Source of the DNA: Nitrosopumilaceae archaeon
Lineage (GTDB): Archaea; Thermoproteota; Nitrososphaeria; Nitrososphaerales; Nitrosopumilaceae
DNA: 64,000 nucleotides
Assembly: GCA_965209085.1 (NCBI GenBank)
Contig: OZ242376.1
Span: 1,504,001 to 1,568,000 of the forward strand
Reading direction: 5' to 3'
In this document: in pieces, positions 52,050 through 62,026 of the stretch
Layout: each line of letters opens with the position of its first letter
Numbering within the stretch: the first letter of the stretch is position 1
Notes under the pieces: model-generated
Databases searched by the model: none
What the model saw: only the letters and a program-made list of their open reading frames with translations
What the model was told of the DNA's origin: nothing
Made by a program: the position numbers and the translations under genes

Positions 52050-52826
52050 TTAAATATTACATGAAGGTTGCAATTCTCTTTTATGCTGTGAATTCTTATA
52101 CAGATCTATTATTTTATTCACGGTTTGGGAGGAAATGCCAAGATCTGTGATTATTGAATTAATATTCATATTTTTATCAAAATAACTTTCTAAAATAGTA
52201 TCAATTATTCTATATTCCATACCTAATTCTGTTTGTGAATTATGATTTTTCCATAAATGTGGACCAGGTATTTTGTTTATTATTTTATCTGGTATTTTAA
52301 GATAAGAGCCAAGCATTTGCACTTCAGTTTTATATAAATTTTTAATTGGAAGTATGTCGGATGCGCCATCACCATATTTTGTAAAATATCCTATAAGATA
52401 TTCGCTTTTATCATCGGTGCCAACCACAAGATAATTCATGATATTTGCATGATAGTATATCACGGATGCTCGTATTCTAGCTAAAAGATTTCCAGATGCC
52501 AGTTTATCAGAATCAAGTGTTATTTCTGCTTTAAATTGTTTCAATATAGATGCAATATTGCATATTTTATAACTAATGCCAAGTTTTTTGGCTATGTCTA
52601 TACCATCGATGGTTTCACTTTCAGGTGTTATATCGTCATGTGGCAGTATCAATGCAAGACATTTTTCTTTTCCTATTGCACGAGTACATAAAAATGCAGT
52701 AACGGCAGAATCAATTCCTCCGCTAAGACCAAATACCACACCAGAAGAATTTGCTTCGGATGTTTTTGTACGTATAAAATCGCAGATTTTTTCTGCAATT
52801 TGCTCATACTGATCTAATGGCTTCAA
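52050..52826 (-). CDS. nadE: NH3-dependent NAD+ synthetase-like protein
   Basis: GLSGGIDSAV, GNLLARIR, GYFTKYGDG, HKR. Confidence 0.88.
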   Translation of the reverse strand: MKPLDQYEQIAEKICDFIRTKTSEANSSGVVFGLSGGIDSAVTAFLCTRAIGKEKCLALILPHDDITPESETIDGIDIAKKLGISYKICNIASILKQFKAEITLDSDKLASGNLLARIRASVIYYHANIMNYLVVGTDDKSEYLIGYFTKYGDGASDILPIKNLYKTEVQMLGSYLKIPDKIINKIPGPHLWKNHNSQTELGMEYRIIDTILESYFDKNMNINSIITDLGISSQTVNKIIDLYKNSQHKRELQPSCNI

Positions 52827-53847
52827 CTAATAGTTCTCCTATACGATGTATTTGATTGTCTGTAAGAGTTGTAGTCGAGGGTAGATACAGACCGTGTTCA
52901 TACAATTTTACGGTCATACTCAAGTCACCATCTCTTTCTAATTTAGATGCAATAGGTTGCATATGTAGTGGAACCATGTAGCGTTTACAATAAATTTTAT
53001 GCTTTTTCATTCTATCTATTATCATTTGAGGGTTAGGAACTTGGATATCAAGATGCCATTTTGCATCTTGATCAAAGAATTTTACTTCCGGACATTTAGA
53101 TATCACGTCATTGTATATCGAAGCCATGATATTTAATCTCTCAAGTCTTTTTGGTACACGGTCAAGCTGGGCTAATCCAAATGCAGCCTGTAATTCGGTC
53201 ACTTTGGAATTAAATCCCCATTGTTCAAATTTATCAGACATTGGTTTTAGATTCTGTCTGTCATTACGTCCTAGATCTTTTAATCTAGACAATTTGTCGA
53301 ATATTTCCTGATCGTCGCAGCATATCGCACCACCTTGACCTCCAAGTGTAAGGTGTTTTGTAGATGCAAAGCTGTATGTACTTATACATTCTTTAGTGTG
53401 TTCTGATACGGATTGTGAATTATCTTCTATCAGAGTTGTTCCCAAGGTTCTACCGTTTGTGTTTACCACAATATCTTCTACACCAACAGGTCTCATACAA
53501 CCGTTGGATTCTACCGGAGATATGCGCATATTAATTCCCGCTTGTATACAGGAATTATGTAGGAATATAGAATAATAATCAGGAATACGTACACTCTCAA
53601 ATCTGTCTTTTGCAGCTATAACGGCCATGTAAAGTGCAGTAGTTCCGTTCATGCATGTGACACAATATTTTGCTCCTACAAATTCCGAAAATCTTTTTTC
53701 AAATTCTCTCACTGTTTTATGTTCGTTAAGATAGTCAGAATTCATAACTTTTTGAACAGATTCATTTTCTTCTTTACCCCAAACTGGTATGAATTGGGGT
53801 ATCACTTCATCGATAGAGGAGTTAGATGTTTGATCCAACCAAATCAA
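52804..53847 (-). CDS. DegT/DnrJ-family sugar aminotransferase, divergent
   Basis: NGTTALY, IEDNSQS, SFASTKHLTLGGQGG. Confidence 0.85.
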   Translation of the reverse strand: MIWLDQTSNSSIDEVIPQFIPVWGKEENESVQKVMNSDYLNEHKTVREFEKRFSEFVGAKYCVTCMNGTTALYMAVIAAKDRFESVRIPDYYSIFLHNSCIQAGINMRISPVESNGCMRPVGVEDIVVNTNGRTLGTTLIEDNSQSVSEHTKECISTYSFASTKHLTLGGQGGAICCDDQEIFDKLSRLKDLGRNDRQNLKPMSDKFEQWGFNSKVTELQAAFGLAQLDRVPKRLERLNIMASIYNDVISKCPEVKFFDQDAKWHLDIQVPNPQMIIDRMKKHKIYCKRYMVPLHMQPIASKLERDGDLSMTVKLYEHGLYLPSTTTLTDNQIHRIGELLVEAIRSV

Positions 53848-54760
53848 TCTCTTTATTTTTCAGAGCACTAACCATAGTGTTTATTCCATCTTGAAGTGTA
53901 TGAACAGGAACAAATCCCAGTTCGTTTTTGATTTTTGTAAAATCAACCATATAATTTCTTTTTTCTTCTTTGTCTGTAAAAGTAACTTTGGCACCTGTCA
54001 GATCACCTATTGTATTAGCAATTTCTTCTTTGGTATAATTTTGCTCGCTAGAACCTACATTAAACACGGTAGATTCTTTTGATGCATCACGTTCGATAAC
54101 TAGTCTTATTGCTTCAGATATATCTTCGACATGGCAAAGTGGCCTATATGCTTGAGCGCCAAAGATATCCATGTTTTTATCAAAAACTGCCGTTTTTACA
54201 AAATCGTTTAAAAGCAGATCCCATCTCATTCGTCCTGGAGAGATTCCATATGCTGTAGCGCATCGTAAAATCACAGAATTGGGCACATTTTTACGGATGT
54301 ATTTTTCTGCGTTTACTTTGGTTATTGCATACAATGAAACCGGGAGAAGAGTAGAATTTTCAGATACTGGTGTGGGGCTTTGACCATAATTTGAACATGT
54401 AGAAAGAAAAATTAATTTTTTAGATTCAATGTTGCACATTTGTCCTATTATTTTTACCATAACCTCATTGGTCATTATAGATTCATCAGGTTTTTTTTCA
54501 CATATGGGTTCTCCAACTAGGGCAGCTAGATTTATCACAACATCACATTCTTTGATCAGTGGGTAGAGTAGATCGACTGATCTAAAATCTCCTTTGACTA
54601 TTTTTATACGCTGATTCTGCAATGTTTCAAAATACCAATTACGGTTTATGTTGTAATCCATCCGATCAATAATGGTGATTCTGTGGGTAGTTTTTTTTAA
54701 TAAATGTGAAACAAGCGTTGATCCTACATAGCCAAGTCCTCCTGTAACAAGTATGTTCAT
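53822..54760 (-). CDS. NAD-dependent sugar epimerase/dehydratase
   Basis: TGGLGYVG, STCSNYG, YAITK. Confidence 0.9.
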   Translation of the reverse strand: MNILVTGGLGYVGSTLVSHLLKKTTHRITIIDRMDYNINRNWYFETLQNQRIKIVKGDFRSVDLLYPLIKECDVVINLAALVGEPICEKKPDESIMTNEVMVKIIGQMCNIESKKLIFLSTCSNYGQSPTPVSENSTLLPVSLYAITKVNAEKYIRKNVPNSVILRCATAYGISPGRMRWDLLLNDFVKTAVFDKNMDIFGAQAYRPLCHVEDISEAIRLVIERDASKESTVFNVGSSEQNYTKEEIANTIGDLTGAKVTFTDKEEKRNYMVDFTKIKNELGFVPVHTLQDGINTMVSALKNKEIDLVGSNI

Positions 54761-56004
54761 GCAGTTCCAAGTCCAATTATTTTTATGCCATCCCTCTTTG
54801 GAATATATCTAAACGGATCTATCACAATACTACCATTAGGGAATTCCAATTTTTCAAATGATTTGTGCTGTGTTCCAATAAAATATACGTGTGGAGAATT
54901 AAACAATTTAGCAGGCATGGTATTTCCATCAACATACGGATCCCACATTTCTACATCTATTTTTTGATCTTGTAGTTCATTATATAGACGGATTGACGAG
55001 CTACCAACTGTAAGATTGATTTCCGGTTTGTATGCTTTTCCTAGTATGACTTTTGGTAGATCGTATTCTTTCAAAATGTTTGCAAACCATGCGATATGTC
55101 TTTCACGTATTTGCATCTGTTCGGTATACAAATCATTTGAGAGTTTATGTCTTAATGCAAAGTCGGCCAACGCTATATTATCTCTAGGATGGCATCCACC
55201 ACTATCTGGCATTCCTCCACGCATATACATTGGGCTTATGATTCTCTTTGTACAATCTTTTAATGCATCATATACAACATCCACATTCGCGCCAGAATCT
55301 TTCATTTTATGACACACTTCCATCAGATTGTTTGCAAAATTGATTTTCATGGTAATGAACGTATTATAATTGACCTTTACTAATTCTGCATTTACTATTT
55401 TCATTTCTTTAAATGGCGCATCGGTTATAGTACGATAGAATGTTTTTGCTTTTTCCAATGCAACAGGATCATCCACGCCAAAAAGAATTATTTCTGGGTT
55501 TAAGAAATCGTGGACAGTGGTTCCCATCGCTATAAAGAATGGGTTATAACAGAGTTTCACGTGCTTGCCAAGTAGTGGTATGATTTCTCTTTCTATGGTT
55601 CCAGGCAATACTGTGGATATTATTATTACTGTTTTATCTTCATCTAGTTTGTCAAGTTCGGCTGAAATATTCGTACATGCCGCTTTAAGATAATCGTAAT
55701 TGAAATCTGCTGTTGTAGATGGCAGTTTTGTAATTCCTTCATACAGGGGATCATGTGGCGTCTGTACAGCGATGAATATTATTTCGGATCTTTTTAAAAC
55801 TTCAGCTATAGACAAAACTTCAATTTTGGTTTTTTGAAGTAATTCTGGGACAGATTGTTCTAAATATGGAATAGTTTTCGTCTCGACATATTTTTTGACT
55901 TCTGGGTTTAAATCGTATCCTACTACGGTATGGCCTTTGGATTCTATAGCTAGAGCTGATGGCAAACCAAGTTTGCCTAACCCTATAAACCCAATATTAG
56001 ACAT
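54757..56004 (-). CDS. UDP-glucose/GDP-mannose dehydrogenase family protein
   Basis: GLGKLG, AVQTP, STVLPGT, ELVKVNYN, GGCHPRD. Confidence 0.92.
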   Translation of the reverse strand: MSNIGFIGLGKLGLPSALAIESKGHTVVGYDLNPEVKKYVETKTIPYLEQSVPELLQKTKIEVLSIAEVLKRSEIIFIAVQTPHDPLYEGITKLPSTTADFNYDYLKAACTNISAELDKLDEDKTVIIISTVLPGTIEREIIPLLGKHVKLCYNPFFIAMGTTVHDFLNPEIILFGVDDPVALEKAKTFYRTITDAPFKEMKIVNAELVKVNYNTFITMKINFANNLMEVCHKMKDSGANVDVVYDALKDCTKRIISPMYMRGGMPDSGGCHPRDNIALADFALRHKLSNDLYTEQMQIRERHIAWFANILKEYDLPKVILGKAYKPEINLTVGSSSIRLYNELQDQKIDVEMWDPYVDGNTMPAKLFNSPHVYFIGTQHKSFEKLEFPNGSIVIDPFRYIPKRDGIKIIGLGTA

Positions 56005-56216
56005 AATGAAAATAACGACATCATTATACTATTTATACTTAATTGTACATTTCATGGAAAATAATAATCATGCATATACTGCCGCTCAAAAGTAACTGCA
56101 ATTATTTACGCCTAATCATAATGTTAACGTGCTTCAAAAATTGCATTTATTTATGAGCGGCAGTATAGTTTACTGACAACTGGTCGCCGATATTGGAAAA
56201 TATTTAGATATAAAAT

Positions 56217-56753
56217 TTAAAAATCAATTCCTTTTTTAGCTTTAATGCCAGATTTGAAGGGATGTTTTATCTCCTTCATTTCAGTCACTAGATCTGCAAT
56301 TTTTATTATTTCTGCTTTTGCATGATTGCCTGTAAGTACTAGATCCAATTCTGCTGGTTTTACAGATATGATATCCATAACATCATCTACTGACACAAGA
56401 TCCATGTCTACGGCATAGTTTATTTCATCCAAAATAACTATATTATATTTACCCGATTGTATTTTTTCATCAGCAATTTTCAGTGCGTCTTTACATGCCT
56501 TTACATGTTCTTCACGCGGACTTGTATCATCCAATATACCCACAAATCCTTTTCCAGCAGTAATAAGTTCAAATTCTGGTGCCAGCCGCCCTATTGAATC
56601 TAATTCGCCATAATGCCACGAACCTTTGATAAATTGAATCATACATATTTTTAATCCGTATCCTACGGCACGCAATGAAAGACCCAATGCTGCAGTTGTT
56701 TTTCCTTTTCCACCCCCAGTATAGACAATAATAAGACCTTTTTTGGCATCCAT
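56217..56753 (-). CDS. cobO: Cob(I)yrinic acid a,c-diamide adenosyltransferase
   Basis: YTGGGKGKTTAALG, QFIKG, LDEIN, KHPF. Confidence 0.95.
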   Translation of the reverse strand: MDAKKGLIIVYTGGGKGKTTAALGLSLRAVGYGLKICMIQFIKGSWHYGELDSIGRLAPEFELITAGKGFVGILDDTSPREEHVKACKDALKIADEKIQSGKYNIVILDEINYAVDMDLVSVDDVMDIISVKPAELDLVLTGNHAKAEIIKIADLVTEMKEIKHPFKSGIKAKKGIDF

Positions 56754-56867
56754 TGTTTGATGTTTTATTATACACGCTAAAAACTTTATCATATATCACA
56801 TGATAAATGCGATCAACGAGTGTATAGCTCGCATGGTTTTTAAAAACACCATTACTCCAACTATTAG

Positions 56868-58220
56868 TTGTCAAATATTCCACGTATAGTCATAGCAGGA
56901 ACCTCAAGTGGTGTGGGAAAAACTTCGATTAGTTGTGCAATAATATACGCTTTAAAACGTTCAGGATATTCAGTACAACCGTTTAAAATTGGTCCAGATT
57001 ATATAGATGCAGGCCATTTATCTCTAGTTGCAAAACGAAAAGCCAGAAATTTAGATTCGTGGATAATGGGTAAAGATGCGGTAATCAAGAGTTTTGTACA
57101 AAATTCTACATTAGATATTTCCATCATAGAGGGAGTTATGGGATATTATGATGGATCTTCTGGTAAATCAAACGATGCTAGTACGTATCATGTAGGCTCT
57201 ATATTGCATGCACCTACTATACTGGTTGTAGACGCAAGCAAATCTTCAAGATCAGTAGCTGCAGTGGTATTGGGATTTTTAAAATTTCATAAAAAATCAC
57301 GCATTGTAGGCATCGTATTAAACCGTCTTGGCAGCCAAAGACACGAACGTATGTGCCGTGATGCACTTTCAACATTAAAAATTCCCGTTGTCGGTTGCAT
57401 TATGCGAGATAATGCTTTGGTTTTAGAATCAAGACATCTTGGACTTGTTCCTGCATTGGAATTAAACAATAAAACAGCCATACACAAATCAGCAAAAAAA
57501 ATATCAAAGAATATCGATGTCAAAGCAATTTTCCGCATGTGCAAGAATACTACAGCATTACAAACATCATCAAATGTTGTCAAATTACCTGCAATACGTG
57601 CCACTATAGCGGTGGCTTTGGATGATTCATTCAATTTTTACTATGAAGACAATCTTGATGCATTAAGATATGCTGGAGCAAAAATAAAATTTTTTAGTCC
57701 AACAACAGACAAAACAATTCCCAAATGTGATGGATTATATCTAGGCGGAGGATATCCTGAAATTCAAGCTTTAAAGCTTGCAAAAAATACATCCATGAAA
57801 AAAGAGATCAAAAGATTCGCAGAATCCGGAAATCCAATATATGCTGAATGTGGAGGTTTTATGTATTTAGCAGATAGCATCAAATATGATAATAAAAAAT
57901 CCAAAATGGTAGGGCTTTTAGATGGTGATGTGGTTATGACTTTAAAACCTACCCTAAATTATACTGAATTTACAGCAACAAAATGCCTTCCATTTAATGT
58001 AAAATCATTCGTACGTGGGCATGAATTTCATTATTCAAAAATACATGGAATATCCAAAGATGCAAAATTTGCATATAAAATGTCAAAAGGGGTTGGAATA
58101 CTGGGCAAAATGGACGGTTTTGTAGAGTATGAAACGCTTGCATCATACGGGCATTTGTATTTTAATTCGAAAATGGCTAAAAACATCGTAAATGTAGCAG
58201 TTGCATCATCCCGCCAATGA
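56868..58220 (+). CDS. cbiA: Cobyrinate a,c-diamide synthase
   Basis: SGVGKT, KIGPDYID, ESRHLGL, AECGGFMYL, GHEFHYS. Confidence 0.95.
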   Translation: MSNIPRIVIAGTSSGVGKTSISCAIIYALKRSGYSVQPFKIGPDYIDAGHLSLVAKRKARNLDSWIMGKDAVIKSFVQNSTLDISIIEGVMGYYDGSSGKSNDASTYHVGSILHAPTILVVDASKSSRSVAAVVLGFLKFHKKSRIVGIVLNRLGSQRHERMCRDALSTLKIPVVGCIMRDNALVLESRHLGLVPALELNNKTAIHKSAKKISKNIDVKAIFRMCKNTTALQTSSNVVKLPAIRATIAVALDDSFNFYYEDNLDALRYAGAKIKFFSPTTDKTIPKCDGLYLGGGYPEIQALKLAKNTSMKKEIKRFAESGNPIYAECGGFMYLADSIKYDNKKSKMVGLLDGDVVMTLKPTLNYTEFTATKCLPFNVKSFVRGHEFHYSKIHGISKDAKFAYKMSKGVGILGKMDGFVEYETLASYGHLYFNSKMAKNIVNVAVASSRQ

Positions 58221-58222
58221 GA

Positions 58223-58846
58223 TTAGTGTGCAAGCTTGTAGATTGCATTTATAATTGCAGCAGCTGATGGACTCCCACCTTTACGACCCGTGTTTGTTAT
58301 ATACGGAAGATTTGTTGATGCAAGTTCATTCTTTGATTCTACGGCCGAGATAAAACCAACCGGTATGCCCACAATCAGGGCAGGATTGCATACGCCTTCA
58401 TTTACCATTTTTATTATTTCTAAAAGGGCAGTTGGTGCGTTGCCAATTGTGACAATACCTCCGTTCAAATCGTCAGCACATGCTCTCATAGATGCCTGAG
58501 CCCTGGTGCTTTGGGCGTTTTTTGCAGCCTCTGCCACAGCGGGATCCGATATTTTGCATATGATACGGTTTCCAAAATACGCCGATTCTGCCTTGCTAAT
58601 CAAGCCTGAAACGCCATGTACGTCCGTTATTATGCGACATCCTTGTTTTATTGCATTAATTCCATTCTTGATGGAATCTGGGCTAAATTTTATTGCTTCT
58701 TTGCCTGCAAAGTCAAAGTCCGCCGTTGAGTGTATAACGCGTCTGACGATTGGCCATTGCATTTCATCGTATTGATGATCTCCTATTTCGTTTTCAATTA
58801 CCGCCATGCTAGCATCCTCTATGGATTGGCCTTTCCTAGTCTGCAT
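58223..58846 (-). CDS. cbiC: Precorrin-8X methylmutase
   Basis: RRVIHSTAD, IGNAPTAL, GIPVGF, GRKGGS. Confidence 0.95.
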   Translation of the reverse strand: MQTRKGQSIEDASMAVIENEIGDHQYDEMQWPIVRRVIHSTADFDFAGKEAIKFSPDSIKNGINAIKQGCRIITDVHGVSGLISKAESAYFGNRIICKISDPAVAEAAKNAQSTRAQASMRACADDLNGGIVTIGNAPTALLEIIKMVNEGVCNPALIVGIPVGFISAVESKNELASTNLPYITNTGRKGGSPSAAAIINAIYKLAH

Positions 58847-59591
58847 CTTCAACCTCTCCGGCTCTTTCACATATTAAATTAGCCATCATTTCATCAGCAC
58901 CAATATGTTTTGTTATGACAGTTTTTCCAACAGATGCCCCATCCAATGCAGGGTTTAGATCTTCGTATATGTCCCGTTTTACATGAGCTCCCTCGTGTAA
59001 AAAATAAAATACAACAACTAGTACTTTGGGAGTGTTTTTCTCACAAATGGATATTCCTTGTTTTATGTCTGGTTTTTCTATTTCCAAAAAACAGTGTGTG
59101 ACATTTCTATACAATGGTTTTATGTTATCCTCCACATATTGTATGGACATTGCAGCGTTTGGATCCATGCTGCCGTGTCCAATGATCAATACATCTATTT
59201 CATCATCGTTTAATTTTATTCCATTCTCAATTTTTGCAGAAGTGATGCGGTTTTGTACGAGTGTGGACATTAAAACATGCATGCTCATTGGACGCGTTAC
59301 CAGAAATTTTGTTTGGGTATTTTTTTGCATCATCATGACGTTAGTTACAGCAGCCTTTACTTTTTTGCCAGGATATAGAAAATATGGCACTAGTGTAAGT
59401 TCATCCAAATCATATGTCAACGCCTTTTTTACCCCTTCGTTGATAAACGGCGGCAATACCTCCAAAAAACAATAATCCACAAAATCATAATGGCGCATTT
59501 GTTTTATCATATTGCACAACACGGCAAGCTCCTCGCCTACCTCTTTTTCCCTACTGCCCCTATCCATTAGAAGCATTCCACGTTTTGTCAA
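58836..59591 (-). CDS. cbiX: Sirohydrochlorin cobaltochelatase (two-domain CbiX)
   Basis: Duplicated CbiX domains, GHGS, FLHEGAHV. Confidence 0.9.
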   Translation of the reverse strand: MTKRGMLLMDRGSREKEVGEELAVLCNMIKQMRHYDFVDYCFLEVLPPFINEGVKKALTYDLDELTLVPYFLYPGKKVKAAVTNVMMMQKNTQTKFLVTRPMSMHVLMSTLVQNRITSAKIENGIKLNDDEIDVLIIGHGSMDPNAAMSIQYVEDNIKPLYRNVTHCFLEIEKPDIKQGISICEKNTPKVLVVVFYFLHEGAHVKRDIYEDLNPALDGASVGKTVITKHIGADEMMANLICERAGEVEDAD

Positions 59592-60640
59592 TAATTCACC
59601 CTAGCCACTGCCACGGTCAGATCAGGTGGGAATTTTTGTTTTTCCACCACAAGTTTGCCTTTAGATATAAAAAGAGCCGCCGCTTCTGAAACACTAGCCG
59701 TACCTTCAAATGATTTTACAATTTTGGAAGGATTTGGTGCAGATATACCTGCAAGTTTTGCTCGATCCACATATTCCACTGGTATGTCTTGTTCTTTGCA
59801 ATATTCTTCCAATCCTTTCACATCCACAGGTTTTTGTATAGAAACTATTTTGGATACGGATTTTAAACTAAGATTGAATTTTTCAAGAGTTGTATTAATT
59901 CCATGTGATACGGTTTGTGCGGTAGTATCATTATGCAATCCCACTCCAACCACCAGTGAAGGAGGTCTATATACTACGATGTTTTTAATTCTAGTTGAGA
60001 TTATCTGATCCGTTATGATCATGGCTGCTTTTGGATTTGCAGATTCCAATTCTATTAATGTAGGATATACTGTAACATTCTTTGGCATATTTTCCTTCCA
60101 CCAATTTTTATTTCCGGTATGTTGCAATATGCCCACATCTTCGCTGTTTACCATGCATGCGCTTACGGATGTAACTTTGGCATCATCGTCAATTATCCAT
60201 CCAAGATCACGGCCCACCAAATCCACTGTGATTGTGTGGTTGACGTCCGCAGCCGTAGTTATTACAGGAGTAGCATCCAACACGTTTGCCAGTTCTTTTG
60301 AGAGCTCGTTTGCTCCGCCAATATGTCCTGATAATGCACTAATGACGTATGTTGCCGCATCATCAATCACTATAACAGCAGGATCTGTTTTTTTATCGAT
60401 CAAATACGGGGATATAAGACGCATTACCGCACCAAGTGAAAATATACATATCAATGCATCATATTTTGAAAAAAGCTCGCCTATTTTTTCTGAAGCTTTG
60501 TTTTCAAACCATGTCACATATGTATCATTATCAGAGAATTTGGCAGGTGCAAATAAAGTCCATAAAGGAAATTTATCGTGTATTTTTTTTCCAAGATTCA
60601 GACCGTTTTTAGTTATTGTGATAATGGCGACATTGTCCAT
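59588..60640 (-). CDS. cbiG: Cobalt-precorrin-5A hydrolase
   Basis: DKKTDPAV, SGHIGGAN, ITTA, SVSEAAA. Confidence 0.93.
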   Translation of the reverse strand: MDNVAIITITKNGLNLGKKIHDKFPLWTLFAPAKFSDNDTYVTWFENKASEKIGELFSKYDALICIFSLGAVMRLISPYLIDKKTDPAVIVIDDAATYVISALSGHIGGANELSKELANVLDATPVITTAADVNHTITVDLVGRDLGWIIDDDAKVTSVSACMVNSEDVGILQHTGNKNWWKENMPKNVTVYPTLIELESANPKAAMIITDQIISTRIKNIVVYRPPSLVVGVGLHNDTTAQTVSHGINTTLEKFNLSLKSVSKIVSIQKPVDVKGLEEYCKEQDIPVEYVDRAKLAGISAPNPSKIVKSFEGTASVSEAAALFISKGKLVVEKQKFPPDLTVAVARVNY

Positions 60641-60712
60641 GCAATTGCACATATGTTCGGATATAATATCATGTCTTTTCATTCTGTATGAAAATATCCA
60701 TAAAACCGGACA

Positions 60713-61792
60713 TTATTCAGAATCGTATCTGCCCAATATCGTACCATCAAAGTCAAAAAGTATTACATTAATTCTCACCTTTTTTTCAGAATGCTCCATC
60801 ATTTGATCCTGCACCATGTGACAGATTTTATCAAAAAATCCGTCGATTTTATTCTCTTGTATGATTTCTAGAACGTGTCGTGCCGTATTAGCTCCAAGTA
60901 TTTTTTTGATAATTGTATCTCCTGCCCCACTTTTCTGTGCAATTTCTGCCAGTAATTTCATATCCACTTTTGATCCTTTGACATGAGTCTGTTTTACACC
61001 CGCTGCCATTTTTGCAAGTTTTCCTATAAATCCCATCACGTATGCAATTTTTATTCCATTTTTTGCACATTCACGTATAGCATATCCGGAAAAATCCCCC
61101 ATTTGTACAAAACAGTGATCTGCAAGTTTTATTATTTTCATTGCATATTCTTCACTGCGACCTCCCGTAGTTAACACCGCTGTATCCTCGTTCATTGCTA
61201 CTGCAACCTCAATATTTTGCCGTATAGCAGCTGCATATGAAGCGGTAGAAAATGGTGTTACAATTCCGCTTGTTCCAAGTATCGATATTCCTCCAATAAT
61301 GCCAAGTCTAGGATTATCTGTTTTTAGGGCAATTTTATCACCTGTTGGAACTGATATTGTTACCAAAATTCCCGTATCATGCAATGTCTCTTTGCTTATT
61401 TCCCGCACACTTTGCTCTATCATTTTTTTGGGAACGGGATTTATTGCATGCGTGCCAATCTCCAAACCCAGTCCAGGTTTTGTCACTTTACCCACACCAT
61501 GACCACCTTGAATGTGTATTTTTTCAGGTTTGCCCTCCAAAGAAACATTTGTTGCAATTTCTGCCCCGTGTGTTACATCCGGATCATCACCTCCATCTTT
61601 TATTACGGTGCATGTTGCAGATGATGTGTTAAATTCACATTTTGTTATGGTTATTTTTGCAATTGTGCCACGTGGTAATAGAACGTCAACCATATCTATG
61701 TTTTTTTGCCCTTTAATGGCAAGCATTCCAGCTTTGGCTCCAGCTGCTGCGCATGTTCCAGTTGTAAATCCCGTACGGAGTTTATTTCCCAT
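60713..61792 (-). CDS. cbiD: Cobalt-precorrin-5B C1-methyltransferase
   Basis: LRTGFTTGTCA, KDGGDDPDVTHG, NPRLGIIGGISILGTSG. Confidence 0.96.
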   Translation of the reverse strand: MGNKLRTGFTTGTCAAAGAKAGMLAIKGQKNIDMVDVLLPRGTIAKITITKCEFNTSSATCTVIKDGGDDPDVTHGAEIATNVSLEGKPEKIHIQGGHGVGKVTKPGLGLEIGTHAINPVPKKMIEQSVREISKETLHDTGILVTISVPTGDKIALKTDNPRLGIIGGISILGTSGIVTPFSTASYAAAIRQNIEVAVAMNEDTAVLTTGGRSEEYAMKIIKLADHCFVQMGDFSGYAIRECAKNGIKIAYVMGFIGKLAKMAAGVKQTHVKGSKVDMKLLAEIAQKSGAGDTIIKKILGANTARHVLEIIQENKIDGFFDKICHMVQDQMMEHSEKKVRINVILFDFDGTILGRYDSE

Positions 61793-61834
61793 ACAACAAT
61801 ATGCCCATTATTGTATTAATACATGATGTATACT

Positions 61835-61912
61835 AGAGCGTATGCATAATGGGTCAAATTCACAATTTTTACGAATAAAAATGATCGATTTGAATGATTA
61901 TGCATACGGTCT
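61835..61912. mobile_element. 78-bp MITE of the IS5-like family, just upstream of cbiD
   Basis: TIRs AGAGCGTATGCATAAT / ATTATGCATACGGTCT; 3-bp duplication ACT. Confidence 0.85.
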
Positions 61913-62026
61913 ACTGACACGCAAAAGTAACTACAATTTATGACTCTAGGCACAATGTAACCGCATGATATTTGGATCACCTCGTATATGAATCAATCAT
62001 GAACAAAACATCAGGAACTGTACAAT

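Noticed and set aside
61793-62026. Cobalamin riboswitch upstream of cbiD
   Set aside because: No B12-box motifs seen; the region is occupied by MITE and IS sequence.
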